Origin: Podarcis bocagei
Taxonomy: Eukaryota
DNA: 64,000 nt
Assembly: GCA_964188305.1 (NCBI GenBank)
Contig: OZ076894.1
Direction: 5' to 3' (one strand)
Below, in pieces: positions 14,429 to 26,363 of this stretch. How positions within the stretch are numbered: position 1 is the first letter of the stretch; the number at the start of each line of letters is the position of its first letter. Made by a program: the position numbers and the translations under genes. The notes under the pieces were generated by a model, which saw nothing but the letters and a program-made list of their open reading frames with translations, had not been told where the DNA came from and ran no database searches.

Positions 14429-14463
14429 AGCAAAGTAATTCCTGGCTGTCTAGTTCTGAGGCC

Positions 14464-14629
14464 CAGTGGCGTAGTGTGGGTTGTCAGCACCCGGGGCACA
14501 GCCAGCACTGCAGTGAGAGAGAGTGAGTGAGCCAGGTAGGGGCAGAGAGCTGCGAATGCGAGCGCCCCCCCCCCCGATGTTGCGCCCGGTGCGGCTGGCC
14601 CCCCCTGCACCCCCCACGCTACGCCACTG
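14464..14629. mobile_element. GC-rich hAT MITE
   Basis: TIR cagtggcgtag / ctacgccactg; perfect 8-bp TSD ctgaggcc (14456-14463, 14630-14637). Confidence 0.92.
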
Positions 14630-14721
14630 CTGAGGCCTGTAAGGTAAGAATGCATTCTTATAATGACCCAAGGGCAAAGAGAGGGTTTGCCTATTGCAGT
14701 GATCTCATAGCAGAACTATAG

Positions 14722-14848
14722 CAGGGGCAGAGAACCTCTGACCCTCTAGATGTTGTTTGACTACAACTCCCATCAGTCTGCATGGCCCAATGGTCAGGGG
14801 TGATGGGTGCTGAAAAATATCTGGAGGGTCACAGGTTCCCTATGCCTG
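14722..14848. mobile_element. Palindromic hAT-type MITE
   Basis: cagggg..gaacctctgaccctctagatg..gactacaactcccatc ... tctggagggtcacaggttccctatgcctg. Confidence 0.8.
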
Positions 14849-15978
14849 CTTTTGCAATTGCTCTCCCTGGAGTTTCTGAGGCTAATTTATTCTCATTAAG
14901 ATGGACTGGTATCTCCCAGTGTAGCATTTCACCATAACTATGAATGGCAGCCTTTAGGTCATATATGTGAGAATGTAAAATATACAGCAGTTAAACTGAC
15001 CATACATAGGGGAGCAGCAAGTTTTGTCTCCCCACCTCTGCAAACAGCAGCTGTTTGGATTTGCCTCATCCATCTTAATGAGAATGATTAAAAATGAGCC
15101 CACACTTTTCTGCATAGTCAAAACTGGGGTGCACGTCTTCCAAGACATGCTGCTGGGAGAGTCACACGGCCTGCACCTCACTCTCACCCAAAATGGCCAC
15201 CGAGATCTCGTGAGAAAAAATGGGGTGTCCTGCCTTGTATTCCGTTTCTTAGTTACACTTGAGTGTGATGCTATAAATTCTAGGCTATAGGGCAACCCCC
15301 AGGACTCACTTTTAATACAAAGTCTGCCCATCTTCACACTGCCTAAGTTTTAAGATAGTGAACGGTTTGCTTGGGAAGAGATGTTCTGTTTCTCTGATCC
15401 ATTCTGCTGTGTGGCAGAGAGCTGATTGCATCACATTCTTAGTCTCTCTTATTTATTTACAGTATTTTAAAAATACAATGCATGTAAAGAGAATTGACCT
15501 TGTTAGAATTAAGGAGCAATTGTTTGGCAGCACGTTCAGGTGTCTCATTAAACAATAGGCTTCTGTTTGGTTTATATGCTGATTTGCCCGGTTATGTGTT
15601 ATTAACTGTTAAATAACATTGCTACTGAAGGAGCATTTTACAGGTGCAAGCGAGGTATCCCAGGCTCTCTGAGAAGCTTCTGATGCAAGCTCAACATAAC
15701 TCTCTAGCTCAAATTAAAATCCAAGCTAGAGAATAACTTCTGGCTGTTCCAGCCAGCCAGTCACCCCAATCCCTGAAACCTCCTCTTCCATTCCCTCTCC
15801 ATTTACTGGGTGGCAGAACAGGTATGCCCCAGACATGAAAAGAAAGAAAGGACCAAGTTCAGACCCCACTTTTCTTTCTAGAGTATGAGTGGCCCTTGGA
15901 ATTTCCCAGGACCTACTGGCACTGCAGTAGCAAGGCACGCTTCTGAACTTGGAGTAGCGCAGAAAATAAACAAAAGCA

Positions 15979-16238
15979 CCATATTTTTCGCTTTATAAGA
16001 TGCACCAGACCATAAGACGCACCTAGTTTTTGGAGGAGGAAAACAAGGAAAAAAAATATTCTGAATTTCAGAAGCCAGAAGAACAAGAGGGATTGTTGCA
16101 CAGTGAAAGCAGCGGTCCTGCTTGCTGTTCTGGCTTCTGGGATAGCTGTGCAGCCTGCATTCGCTCCATAAGACGTGCACACATTTCCCCTTACTTTTTA
16201 GAAGGGAAAAAGTGAGTCTTATAGAGCAAAAAATATAG
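15979..16238. mobile_element. Tc2/pogo-like MITE
   Basis: TIR ccatatttttcgctttataaga / tcttatagagcaaaaaatatag (CCGTATTT-type), internal cataagacg repeats, TA on the right flank. Confidence 0.8.
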
Positions 16239-16385
16239 TATTTCTGAAATTATGGGAAACAGCTCAGTTTCATTCTTCATCAGTGTGGTTTGGGGTAGGA
16301 GTGATCTTGCTTGACACAGTCTTTCTCTCTTTTTAAAAATCACATTTCATTTCTTCAAAAATGCATGGGCCTGTTTCAGTGGTTC

Positions 16386-16608
16386 AATATGCTGTAGTGG
16401 TTAGAGTGCCTGACTAGGACCTGGGAGACCAGGGTTCAAATCCCCACTCAGCCACGGGGCTCACTAAGTGACCTTGGACCAGTCAGTTTATCTCAGTGTA
16501 AATGACTTCATATGGTCGTTGTGAGGATGGAATGAGGAGGGGGAGATTCACACCTATCACCCTGAGCCCTCTTTGGAGGAAAGGTGAGCCATAAATGTAT
16601 TAATAATA
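16386..16608 (+). mobile_element. MIR/Ther1-derived CORE SINE (Squam3-like)
   Basis: A box tgtagtggttagagtg, B box ggttcaaatcc, core gtgaccttgg, tail ttggaggaaaggtg..ataaatgta. Confidence 0.8.
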
Positions 16609-17929
16609 CAAGTAAATTAAATACATTGAAATATTTGTTTGCCATTCAAGTTTGTAAGGAGCACTCAAACTACAGCTTTCCACCTTGGGTATCATGGCAA
16701 ACTGAATTGGCCAAATAGGTAGTACTGCAGTAAGGAAAAGAAAGTGACCGGGGAGAGGGGGAGTAAGTGGCAACAAAGATGTGGCTCATTCAGAAATAAG
16801 TCTGAAGTAGGACATCAGTCTCTTGAAGTCCTGTCAGCCATATTCTCTCCATATTGCAGATGAGGATGTGAAAAGTTGATAGAACAGTGACTCGCATAAG
16901 GCCATTTGATAGGGTTTGTGACGGAAGTGAAATTTGAGTCTTGTCCTGCAAAGATCACATCTCTCAGACTTGGTATATACTGCTCAGGCTGTAAATAGCA
17001 GCATAATGTTAGAATCAGGGCATAATCTAAGGATAAGGTTGCTCCGTGGATGCATAACACATTATCTTAGCATACTACAAAATTAATTGTTGACTGTGAG
17101 TTAACTGAGGAAACCAGAAGCATATGTGGTGATATATGTGAAGCTATGCTCAAATGAAGACATTTGACGAGATCTGTGCATGTTCCTGTCCAGAATTAAT
17201 CAGTTGCAGCTAGATTGGTGTTGGCTGTGATTGTTTTGGAATTAAAATGGTGTATTAATGATTAACCAGTGCCACTGAGGTAGGACCGAAATATTTCACC
17301 CCTTGCTGTCAACTACCTATTGCATACCTATAGGTATGGAAGTTTGCAAAACACACACAACATACACCAGGTGGTGCAGGTAAGATTAACTACATTCAAG
17401 GGTCTTCTAAAATATATCCTGTGAAAATAATGACCTAAGTAATGGGATCTTGTCTAGCCTATACAGCAAAGATTCCTTAGAAAGATATGTGTGAAGAATG
17501 CCCCAAGTTTGATAGGCCTTTCAACATAAAGATGCAACTGTATAGATAAACTCATCAGTAGTCCCACTGACATCATTGAGCTTTATATGTTCCTTATGGA
17601 CTGTTTTCAGATGACTTGCATGCTTCCACATGCATGAAGATTCCACCTGCTATATTCAGCACCTAGCCAGAAGAGAAATTGTTTTGAACTAAGTTTCTGC
17701 ACTATGATAGTTCCTTATACATATTATAAGCCCACTGATAACAGTGGTCCTGCCTGGCTTTGGACTGGAGTCATTACAACCTCAGGTTAGCTGACAGTAA
17801 AACTGTGCATAAAATTGCATATCTGTGGATACATACCAAATAAAAAATATATAAGCTAAAGCTTTGGGCTTTTAAAGGCTAGAGAACACAGAATGTTTGT
17901 TGACTTTCCCCCAGTAGAATTCCAGATCC

Positions 17930-18246
17930 TCCTAGTGTTCCTATTTTCCAGGGACATCCCTGATTTAGCGAAGCCATCCCAGTTTCTGATTTGATCCCAC
18001 TTTTCCTTAGGATGTCCTATTTTCATTGGAGAAATGTTGGAGGGTATGGAGTTATCCGACCCCTGAGCCATTGGAAGCCAATCTTGTATAGGGAAGTGGT
18101 TTTTTAATGCTTAATGTTTTTATATATGTTGGAAGCTGCCCAGAGTGGCTGGGGCAACTCAGTAGGATGTGTGGAGTATAAATAGTAAAATTATCATTAT
18201 GGAATGGGATATCCCTATTTTAATAGAGAACTATTGGAGGGTATGG
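17930..18246. mobile_element. Non-autonomous DNA transposon fragment with duplicated terminal block
   Basis: The block cctatttt..gagaa..ttggagggtatggagtt occurs twice (~18017 and ~18213), separated by an L2-like tail segment. Confidence 0.5.
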
Positions 18247-21200
18247 AGTTTTCTTAATTTTGCAGTGGTGTGGTCACTGACTTAACAGCTGAATATACAT
18301 TAAGAAGAGATAACACATATTTCCTTTATCAGGAAAGAGTATTGCTTCTGAGTGATGAGTTTCTCCAGTTTAGATGATAACTTACAACACTTTACGTTAA
18401 CACGAAGAAAGCATTCATTTGAATTTCATTCCGTCTAATTTACAAGAAGAAAAGTCCCATCGCCACATTGTTTGTCTGTGCTCTGGAAGGCCAATTTTTG
18501 TCTTGTCCCATTTCTCCCCAAAAGCAGTAACTCTGCTCATGAAGAATGCCTCCATATATATCAGTGGCATTGTTAACCGAATGGTAGCATGTAGAACTTG
18601 CCAATAAAAATGTACTGCTGCTTCCTGTGAGAGGGAGGCGTTCCAGATACGCTTGAAGTATTTGTCGTTGAGGTGAAGCCCTTGCAGGGCTGTCAGTGGG
18701 ATATTTGGCCTCAGCATTCAAAATGTCTCAGGCCACCTTGGGGCTGTTTGATTTACAGGAAATTGTTGGGTGGGGGCTACCTGGAATGCGAGCATGATTT
18801 TAAGCACGATGCCCTCTGCTCAGTGTGAATAATGTAATGTGCAGTTTGGCCCAAAGCGAGTTGTGGCTAGTGCACATGTGCACGCATAAACAACATAAAG
18901 CCGCCCCTCAATTGTAAAATAGCCGCAGTGATTTAGAAGGGATGGGTACCAGAAAAATGAGGACAGCGTGGATGTATGAGTTTGTAGCCCAGCAGAGCTT
19001 GATTTCTAAAATTCACCCTGAACACACTTGGATGTCTATCCCTCTGAAATTTGACAGCCTATGTGATTTCTTTTCATTGGCAGCACACACTGCAGCACAC
19101 AAAACATTTTGTAGTTCTGAATGGCTCGTATATAATCCTTGTCACCTCGCACCTATCTTTTCTTCTCTCCTTTGTCCTTTTTGGGTCACTAGCAGGAATA
19201 GCCAGTCATCTCTTACTTTGATCCATCTTTCTGAATTGCCTCTAAGGCATTGTTAGCCTGGCGCTGCCTTCTGGGTTTATAATAAAAGCTCATTTTTAGG
19301 TGTCCCATGCCACGTTTATAGCCTGAACACGGTTGCTTGCAGTTAGATGACTTTTTTTAGACTTCCTGATTTTACATTTAAGATCCAAATGTGCAAATAC
19401 TGACTTAACACAATATTTACTAGGTATTCTACACAGCCCTGATCCTCTACCCGGACTTTGACATTCCTTTTCAGAGGGAACAATGGATGCTTTTCTGCAA
19501 GATGGCAAAATGATCTCCCTTTTACTCTGAGGCCTAGTTCTCACAAATAGTAGACAAGGCAACTGACCTGTTTTCTGAACTGTTCTACTTAGATGAGGGA
19601 ATTTATTTATTGATTGGTATGCTTTCCCTGCACATGGAAAACTGATATGTCAAGACAGATAGCTTCACTAGAATCCTCCCTGGTATCTACTTTTCTGTGT
19701 GCAAGGATTTTACATATAGAGGAGTATTTGATATTGTGAGCTATCATTGGCAGTCTGAAGTAATGCATTTGAGAAACAGGTTGGCCACCTTATTGTTCAT
19801 TGTGCCTTAGTTATGGTAACAAATGTCCAGATTCCTTGAATATGTCCTTTGAAACAAATCGTCCTTCCCATTGCTAAGTAGAATAAGCTTTTGTGATTTC
19901 CCGACATCTGCTCCTTTTCTTATCACCCACAGCTTTGAGTGTGAAGCCAAATAAGTGGATGCAGAAGGTACTTAATAGAGCATTCAGCATTCCTTCCCAA
20001 TAGGGAAAACCTCTGTTGTGCTTGTCTGGATGAGAGACAGAGGACAGGAGAAAGGGAGCCAGAGTGCTAAACTATAGGTGAGGTACCTCTGGACCAAACT
20101 TGCACCCATCCTCTACTCAAGCTGAGGAGGAGAGAGATGACAGCATAATCAGTTGGGCAGCCTTCTGTCTAAGGAAGGATGCCTTTGAAAGTGGGGATCA
20201 GTCCACCTGTCAGCAACCTAATCTGCAACTTCAAAGCTTCCCACAGCTTAGCACCTTACCATCTGAGAAGAGAAATGAAAGTGTTCATTGGGCCAGCTAA
20301 CCTCATCTCATCTATCAAAACTGTCCCTACAGAAAAGATCTATTGGGGTCCCCTGATTGTTACCCCACCCTCAGACATGTATTCAAGGAAATTACAGGAG
20401 TGAAAACATGCTATAGATGACTGCTTTGGTAGACGGTTCCCATGGCATCTGTGGATACCCACCAATATTTTTTCTCAGGGGAAAATAGTTATTATTGGTC
20501 AAATTCTTTAATTCAATGCTTCCATGCAATTTAATAAATACATGCAAGGGGGAGAAGGCGTTTGCATATTTGGGAAAAATATATTAAGAAATGAAGGTTG
20601 TCATGGAAGGTTCAGATGACACCAGTCTGAAAAATAGAAAATAACTTTATTATTTTTCTTAAACAAGAATGTATCAGGATGTTACGGAAGTTGGGTCCCA
20701 GCCCAACTCTCTGCCAAGTGGTAGTAAGATTCCAGGGGGTTCCTGGCACTCACCCAAAGCAATCTGTGTTTCTTTGGAGAATGGAGAAACGGCAGAGACT
20801 GTCTTAGCTTTAAGAAATATGATTTATTCATATATTTACACCTTCAGTCTGCATGGAGGGAGTCTGAATCTTACAGCAAGAGGGGCTTGTTCCTCACAGC
20901 AGTGCAGCACTGGAGTTAAAGGCATCTCTCCCAGCCTTCAGCCAGCCTGCTCAAGATGGATCCCAGTCTTTTTTTCTCCCTCTTCTCAGCACACCTTGCT
21001 CTAAAGTCTCTCTTTTTTTCCTGTCACTTGAAATACACACCCCACCACCATGGCAACCTCTATCTGCCCAGGCCCAAGATTCTTCCTACATGGGCCATCA
21101 AACCTTTTTGTCATGTTAATGCCTCTATCCCACGTGAGGTACTGGCTTGGAAAGGAATCTTAGCCTGTACTTTTCCACTGGCCTGCAATCTTCCCTTCAA

Positions 21201-21577
21201 TATTGCAAATAATCAAAATCTTACCATATATTAATTTGTAGGGTTTGGTCCCCTACCCCCAATAGATAACAAGGAAACTCCTTGACACCATCCAGATATA
21301 GCTAAGTCCATTGCCACCAGGTGACTAAGCTATATGATGGATGCTATCCAAACAGGTGATTTAGGAATAGTCAAGTACATCCAGAAGTTCTGTGGTTGCG
21401 TTAAAAAGGTCTGTGTTTCTTTCTTACTGCTCTGGAACACTACCTTCAGGTAGTTAAACTTTACAGTCATAGCCTACCAGTGTCATTCGGCCAAGAAGTC
21501 ATATACCAAGGGCAAAAGTCTGGCTTTGAACTTGTTCCTAACAAAATTATATTTCTATTCACGATTACATCATATGA

Positions 21578-21709
21578 TAGTGATGGGGAGCCTGTGACCC
21601 TCCAGATGATGAGGCACTTACATCATAAATAACCATTGGCCTTGCTGGTTGAGATTGATGGGAGTTTCTTTTCAAGAACATCTGAAGGGTCACAGCTTCC
21701 CCATTCCTG
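21578..21709. mobile_element. Palindromic hAT-type MITE
   Basis: gatggggagcctgtgaccctccagatg ... catctgaagggtcacagcttccccattcctg. Confidence 0.78.
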
Positions 21710-21927
21710 GTATGTTGTTTTCTCAGTAGCGCTACGGAAATGGTGGTTGCAGAGAAAAGCAGGTGTGTCTAAGCCCCACTGACAATTCACAGCACTTACA
21801 ATCCAGTCCTAAAAGTGTGCAGCTTCAACAGGATTTCTTTGTTTTATCACAGACTTAAACACAAAATTAAAACCTGTGTTCTATTGATTAAGCAGGCCTC
21901 ATAATTTGTAGACCGCACCCAATAACA

Positions 21928-22054
21928 CAGCCTTCACAAACCTGATTCCATCCAGATGTTTTGAGTTACAGCTTCCATCAGCCCCAGCCACCAGAGCTGA
22001 GGCTGATGAGAGTTGTAGTCCAAAACTTGAAGGACACTATGTTGGCAAACACTG
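21928..22054. mobile_element. Palindromic hAT-type MITE
   Basis: cagcctt..ccagatgttttg..ccatcagcccc / gctgatgagagttgtagtccaaaac..actg. Confidence 0.7.
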
Positions 22055-22871
22055 CAATGATGGATGGGATCCAGAGATGACTTCCATGGGTGGAAGGGCC
22101 TTTCCATGTGTGCAAGACAACCTCACTGATTTCCACTGATTTCCCCATTCCACTGCAGCCCCCTCAGTCTCTCTGGAGTGGCTTTTTGGGTGGTATGGGG
22201 AGCTGGGGTGGGGGGAGGAAAGCCCTCTTCAGCAAGCAGAATTCTACTTGTGTGGCTGCAGATCAAAAACTATATTATTTACCATTTGCTTTGAAGCAGA
22301 GCTGTGAAGATCCCAAATGCCTGATTATTCAGAAAACTAAACAATTTGATTGCTGACTCTTAAGCATTTCAGTTCACTCCTAGGATTTTCAAATGTGTTT
22401 CGGCTTATGACAGTATGCAGAAAGGAGTTGCTTGTTTTAGCTGTCTTCTGCAGTAGGCAGTCATGAAGTAGGTCAGTTTTACTGGACTTAAGGACTAGAT
22501 TTTGGCATTCAAATGTCTCCAATTTTATTTTTTATTTGCTTTGAACTGTTAATGGGAATAGTTATAACACCCTTTCAGTAAGTGGTCTGTTGCCCACAAC
22601 AGTCCAGCTGACCCTTCTTTATTTATTTACCACCACCCCTCTGATGTATACACCATTCAAGATGACTTAGATCAGTTAAAAGCTGCAATTTGATAGTAAA
22701 ACCATAACATAATTAAAATACAATAGAGATCAGACATGACAGATTAAAGTAGTGTCCTAAGCATTGCAGAAGCTTGCTGGAATACAAAAAAAACACCACC
22801 AGTTGTTGAACAGCAAAAGAGGGGACCACTAAAACTCATGATGTGATGTGTTGCACAGCTTCGACAAGGAA

Positions 22872-23139
22872 GTCAAGGATGATAGGAACTGTAGTCCAAA
22901 TACAGCTAGAGACCCAATTTTTGGAAACCCTGCTCTAGGTTCAGAGGCAGCAGGGGCACCAATCTGAATAAAATGTTGGGTAACCCAGGTAAGCCCTGCC
23001 CTGCATAATCGATCACAAGATATGGTGCACACACCTGATCTAGAAGGTAATGGCAAAATGATTGCCCATAAGTGGCCAGCCTGATGTATCTCGGTATTCT
23101 CAAGCAGAGTGTGGAGGTGATAGCTTCTCCCTGTTTCTC
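22872..23139 (+). repeat. 268-bp direct duplication, copy 1 (derived)
   Basis: Identical by eye to 23492-23759 (offset 620 bp); the ORF track shows identical peptides at both places. Confidence 0.95.
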
Positions 23140-23416
23140 TGATCACTGCAGCCACCCTTCCACCATAGGTGTAACACAGGGAAGGACGTCTCCACCAGAT
23201 CTTGGCCAGGGAACATGTTGAAAACACCTTTCTTACTTTCTTGCAGGAGAGGCCCATATCCCACTCATAGTCATACGTGCTTTCACAGAAAGAGAAACAA
23301 GTGCAAAGGACTAGGAGTTGGTCTGTGGTGTGGCAAGGTCAGGAAGTAGCCTTTCCAAAGGTTTAACTTTAGTATAAAACTGACAAGGGAGTGCAAATAT
23401 GTGGGAGGATCTAGAA

Positions 23417-23552
23417 CAGGGTTTTCCATACTTGGGACTCCAACTGTTTTTAGACTACAACTCCCATCATCCCTAGCTAGCAGGGCCAGCGGTCAAGGAT
23501 GATAGGAACTGTAGTCCAAATACAGCTAGAGACCCAATTTTTGGAAACCCTG
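23417..23552. mobile_element. Palindromic hAT-type MITE (complete)
   Basis: cagggttttcca / tggaaaccctg TIRs, internal gactacaactcccatcatcc; homologous to 32247-32385. Confidence 0.85.
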
Positions 23553-23759
23553 CTCTAGGTTCAGAGGCAGCAGGGGCACCAATCTGAATAAAATGTTGGG
23601 TAACCCAGGTAAGCCCTGCCCTGCATAATCGATCACAAGATATGGTGCACACACCTGATCTAGAAGGTAATGGCAAAATGATTGCCCATAAGTGGCCAGC
23701 CTGATGTATCTCGGTATTCTCAAGCAGAGTGTGGAGGTGATAGCTTCTCCCTGTTTCTC
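23492..23759 (+). repeat. 268-bp direct duplication, copy 2 (likely source)
   Basis: Starts inside the complete MITE at 23417-23552, so this copy retains the original context. Confidence 0.95.
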
Positions 23760-23942
23760 CCCAGCATCTGGCATTGCAAGGTATGTTGTCTGTGAATGTG
23801 GTTCTATTTTGCTATTATGGCTAACAACAGATGGGCAAATGCATGTACGACTGACTTAATACTTTCCCAAAGGCTTTCATATTTTTGCTAAAACGTTAGT
23901 ATTATCAAAAATGGCAAGCAATATGAATAACCTTGCCTAAAA

Positions 23943-24074
23943 CTGGAGTGGGGAGCCGTTGGTCTTAAATGTTGTTGGACTACAAATCCAGCTAGCCCTG
24001 ACTAGTGACCATGCTGACTGGGGTTTATGGGAGTTGTTATGCAAATCTAGGGGGCCAAAGGTTCCCCATCCCCG
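23943..24074. mobile_element. Palindromic hAT-type MITE
   Basis: gtggggagccgttgg..atgttgttggactaca ... ggccaaaggttccccatccccg. Confidence 0.72.
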
Positions 24075-24760
24075 TTTTAAAACGTCGGGTGTAGCAAAAT
24101 ATTTGGCAAGCAGTTGTCTAGATTTAAGGGTGATGTTTCTGGACTTCTTTTTTGGCATGGCTGTTTTCAGAGTTATGGAAATCTGTCATGTCCTGGAGAC
24201 AGACAGGCTGGCTGCAAAAATTTTAATAATATTTGCGACCTATAAAACATATTTCTTGAAATCGAGCAAAAGCGAAGAATTATTGTGGGCAGTTGCTGCA
24301 AATGATTAACTCACCCCAAAAGCAGTGCTACTTAACAAGCTTAGTAAATGCTATCAAAGTGACAGGTAAGATAGATTTACAGCAAAACAATCAAGTTGCA
24401 AGACTGAATTTTGTGCCGCTGGTAAATTAGGGGATCTGAAGGTGGATGGAGAAGCTGTCTGCTTGAGGAGACTGTTTCAGGGAAGGGAAAGAAATATAGC
24501 TCTGCAGAGCATCATACATTTGTTTTTTCTTGCATCTTGCTGGCTGGGACAAGAGTAGCTGTCTCTCCTTAGTGTGGAAAAACCCCAAAACAGCAGTGTT
24601 GAATGAGAAGTGGAGCAAGCAGCCCAGTGTAGTATTTAGGGCTGGAATGAACAGGGGTAGTTCTTTGAAAAGCGCCTAGAACTGGAACTTGTTCCTTGGT
24701 GAGAGAGAGAACAGGGAATTTCTGTCTTGTCCAGGCAAGAACCAGCTGCCTGTTTGCATA

Positions 24761-25002
24761 CAATGGTACCTCGGGCTACAAACACCTTGGGTTACAAACA
24801 CTTCAGGTTACAGACTCCACTAACCCGGAAGTAGTACCTCAGGTTAAGAACTTTACCTCAGGATAAGAACAGAAATCGTGCGCTGGCGGTGCAGCGGCAG
24901 CAGGAGGCCCCATTAGCTAAAGTGGTACCTCAGGTTAAGAATGGTTTCATGTTAAGAATGGACCTCCGGAACAAATTAAGTTCTTAACCAGATGTACCAC
25001 TG
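24761..25002 (-). mobile_element. Tigger/pogo-like MITE family A, copy 2
   Basis: caatggtacctc / gatgtaccactg TIRs, TA flanks, 242 bp, opposite orientation to copy 1. Confidence 0.9.
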
Positions 25003-25262
25003 TATTTAATCCAGGACTCATTCAATCCTGAGCTCTTTTACTGGATATCTTTTATGAATCTTGATTTTACAACTCCTGTAACAAGCACATATATTTGAAT
25101 GATCCATTGCTTAACTGAGATTCTCCTATAGTGTCCTGTATTTTTATTTTATGTATTTATTTTTACATTCATATCCCACCTTTCCCTTTTTAGAGTTCAA
25201 GGAGGCACATATTGTTTTCTCATTTTCCCCATTTTTATCCTCACAGCAACCCAGTGAGGTAT

Positions 25263-25485
25263 AATAAAAAAATTCCTTCCAGTAGCACCTTAAAGACCAA
25301 CTAAGTTAGTTCTTGGTATGAGCTTTCGTGTGCATGCACACTTCTTCAGATACACTTCTTTTCGTGTGCATGCACACGAAAGCTCATACCAAGAACTAAC
25401 TTAGTTGGTCTTTAAGGTGCTACTGGAAGGAATTTTTTTATTTTGACTATGGCAGACCAACACGGCTACCTATCTGCAAGTGGAA
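25263..25485. mobile_element. Penelope-like retroelement terminal fragment (inverted pLTR pair)
   Basis: Perfect 79-bp inverted repeat (25263-25341 / 25364-25442); 12-bp TSD ccagtgaggtat (25251-25262, 25486-25497); agtagcaccttaaagaccaact..gagctttcg motif typical of reptile Penelope elements. Confidence 0.82.
25316..25353 (-). ncRNA. Minimal type I hammerhead ribozyme motif
   Basis: Minus strand reads GUAU-CUGAAGA-A-GUGUGC-AU-GCACAC-GAAA-GCUC^-AUAC: conserved core, stem II hairpin, palindromic AGCU stem III, 4-bp stem I. Confidence 0.75.
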
Positions 25486-25637
25486 CCAGTGAGGTATGTT
25501 AAGCTGAGAGTGAATGGTTGGCTCAGAGTCACCCAGTGACCTTCATGACCAAGTAGGGATCTGAATCCTGGTCTCCTAGATCTTGGTCTGACACACTAAC
25601 CAATACACCTTACTGGCTCCTGAGGCATTTCCTAGAA

Positions 25638-25774
25638 CAGATGTAGCCAACATGGTGCCCTCCCAGAAGTTACAGACTGCAAGTCCCATCATCCCTCACT
25701 ATTGGCCATGCTGGTTGGCACTGATGGGAACTGTAGCCCAAAACATCTGTAGGGTACTATGTTGGTTACCCCTG
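25638..25774. mobile_element. Palindromic hAT-type MITE
   Basis: gtagccaacatggtgccct ... agggtactatgttggttacccctg inverted arms. Confidence 0.78.
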
Positions 25775-26029
25775 TTCTGTAAAGTTTGCCTGTACTTTTA
25801 AGAGAAGGAAGTTGTCAGTCACATGGACAGGAAGTTGCAAAATTATTGCATGGGTTGTTTAATAAAGCGCTGTTTGTGTTTGCTTTTGAAACAAAGCTTT
25901 TGAGCATTACTTTGCAAACAACAATAATGTTGCAGAACCACTCCAAAATAGGCAACATTCGATTTTCATTTGTGGTCTTGGTGATATTGATCCTTCTGTT
26001 GCCATTCTGAGTGCATTAGATGAGGAATG

Positions 26030-26363
26030 AGCTGAACCAGAAAAAATCTCATCACCCAGTTTTTTTTTATTTTTCCAGTCTTAAGTTTCGTATGTCCCAC
26101 ATATGTTAGTTAATTTTCATTTGCATTCTTGTGCACACTTCTCCAAATACACACATTTTTGTAAGCAATTTCCCCTAATACAATCAGTGTTTATTTTCAG
26201 CAATATCTGCATTTTTTTGCATGCATTTTCCTCTTTGGTTGGAGAGCTGCATCACAAACGTTGGAGAAGTGTGAATTTTGAAGGGTTCATTCATTGGTTC
26301 ATAAAGTGCAAATTTGATGGGTTTGCATTAAAATGTGGACCGAGTAAATTTCTCCCCATCCCT
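26030..26363 (-). mobile_element. AT-rich non-autonomous DNA transposon (agggatgggga(g)aaatt.. family)
   Basis: Ends aaatttctccccatccct; reverse-strand similarity to 33538-33942 and to the region around 46700-47160. Confidence 0.55.

Larger units (their letters stand above)
25140..25620 (-). mobile_element. MIR/Squam3-like SINE interrupted by a Penelope-like insertion
   Basis: tttatcctcacagcaacccagtgaggt core, gtcacccagtga, and tRNA-like head (reverse complement of ggagccagta..ttagtgtgtcagac). Confidence 0.78.

Noticed and set aside
21244-21254. miR-133 (tttggtcccct)
   Set aside because: The match stops after 11 nt and there is no corresponding precursor arm.
22872-23759. LTR pair (TRIM-like element)
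   Set aside because: The repeats lack TG..CA ends, PBS/PPT and TSD, and one starts mid-MITE.
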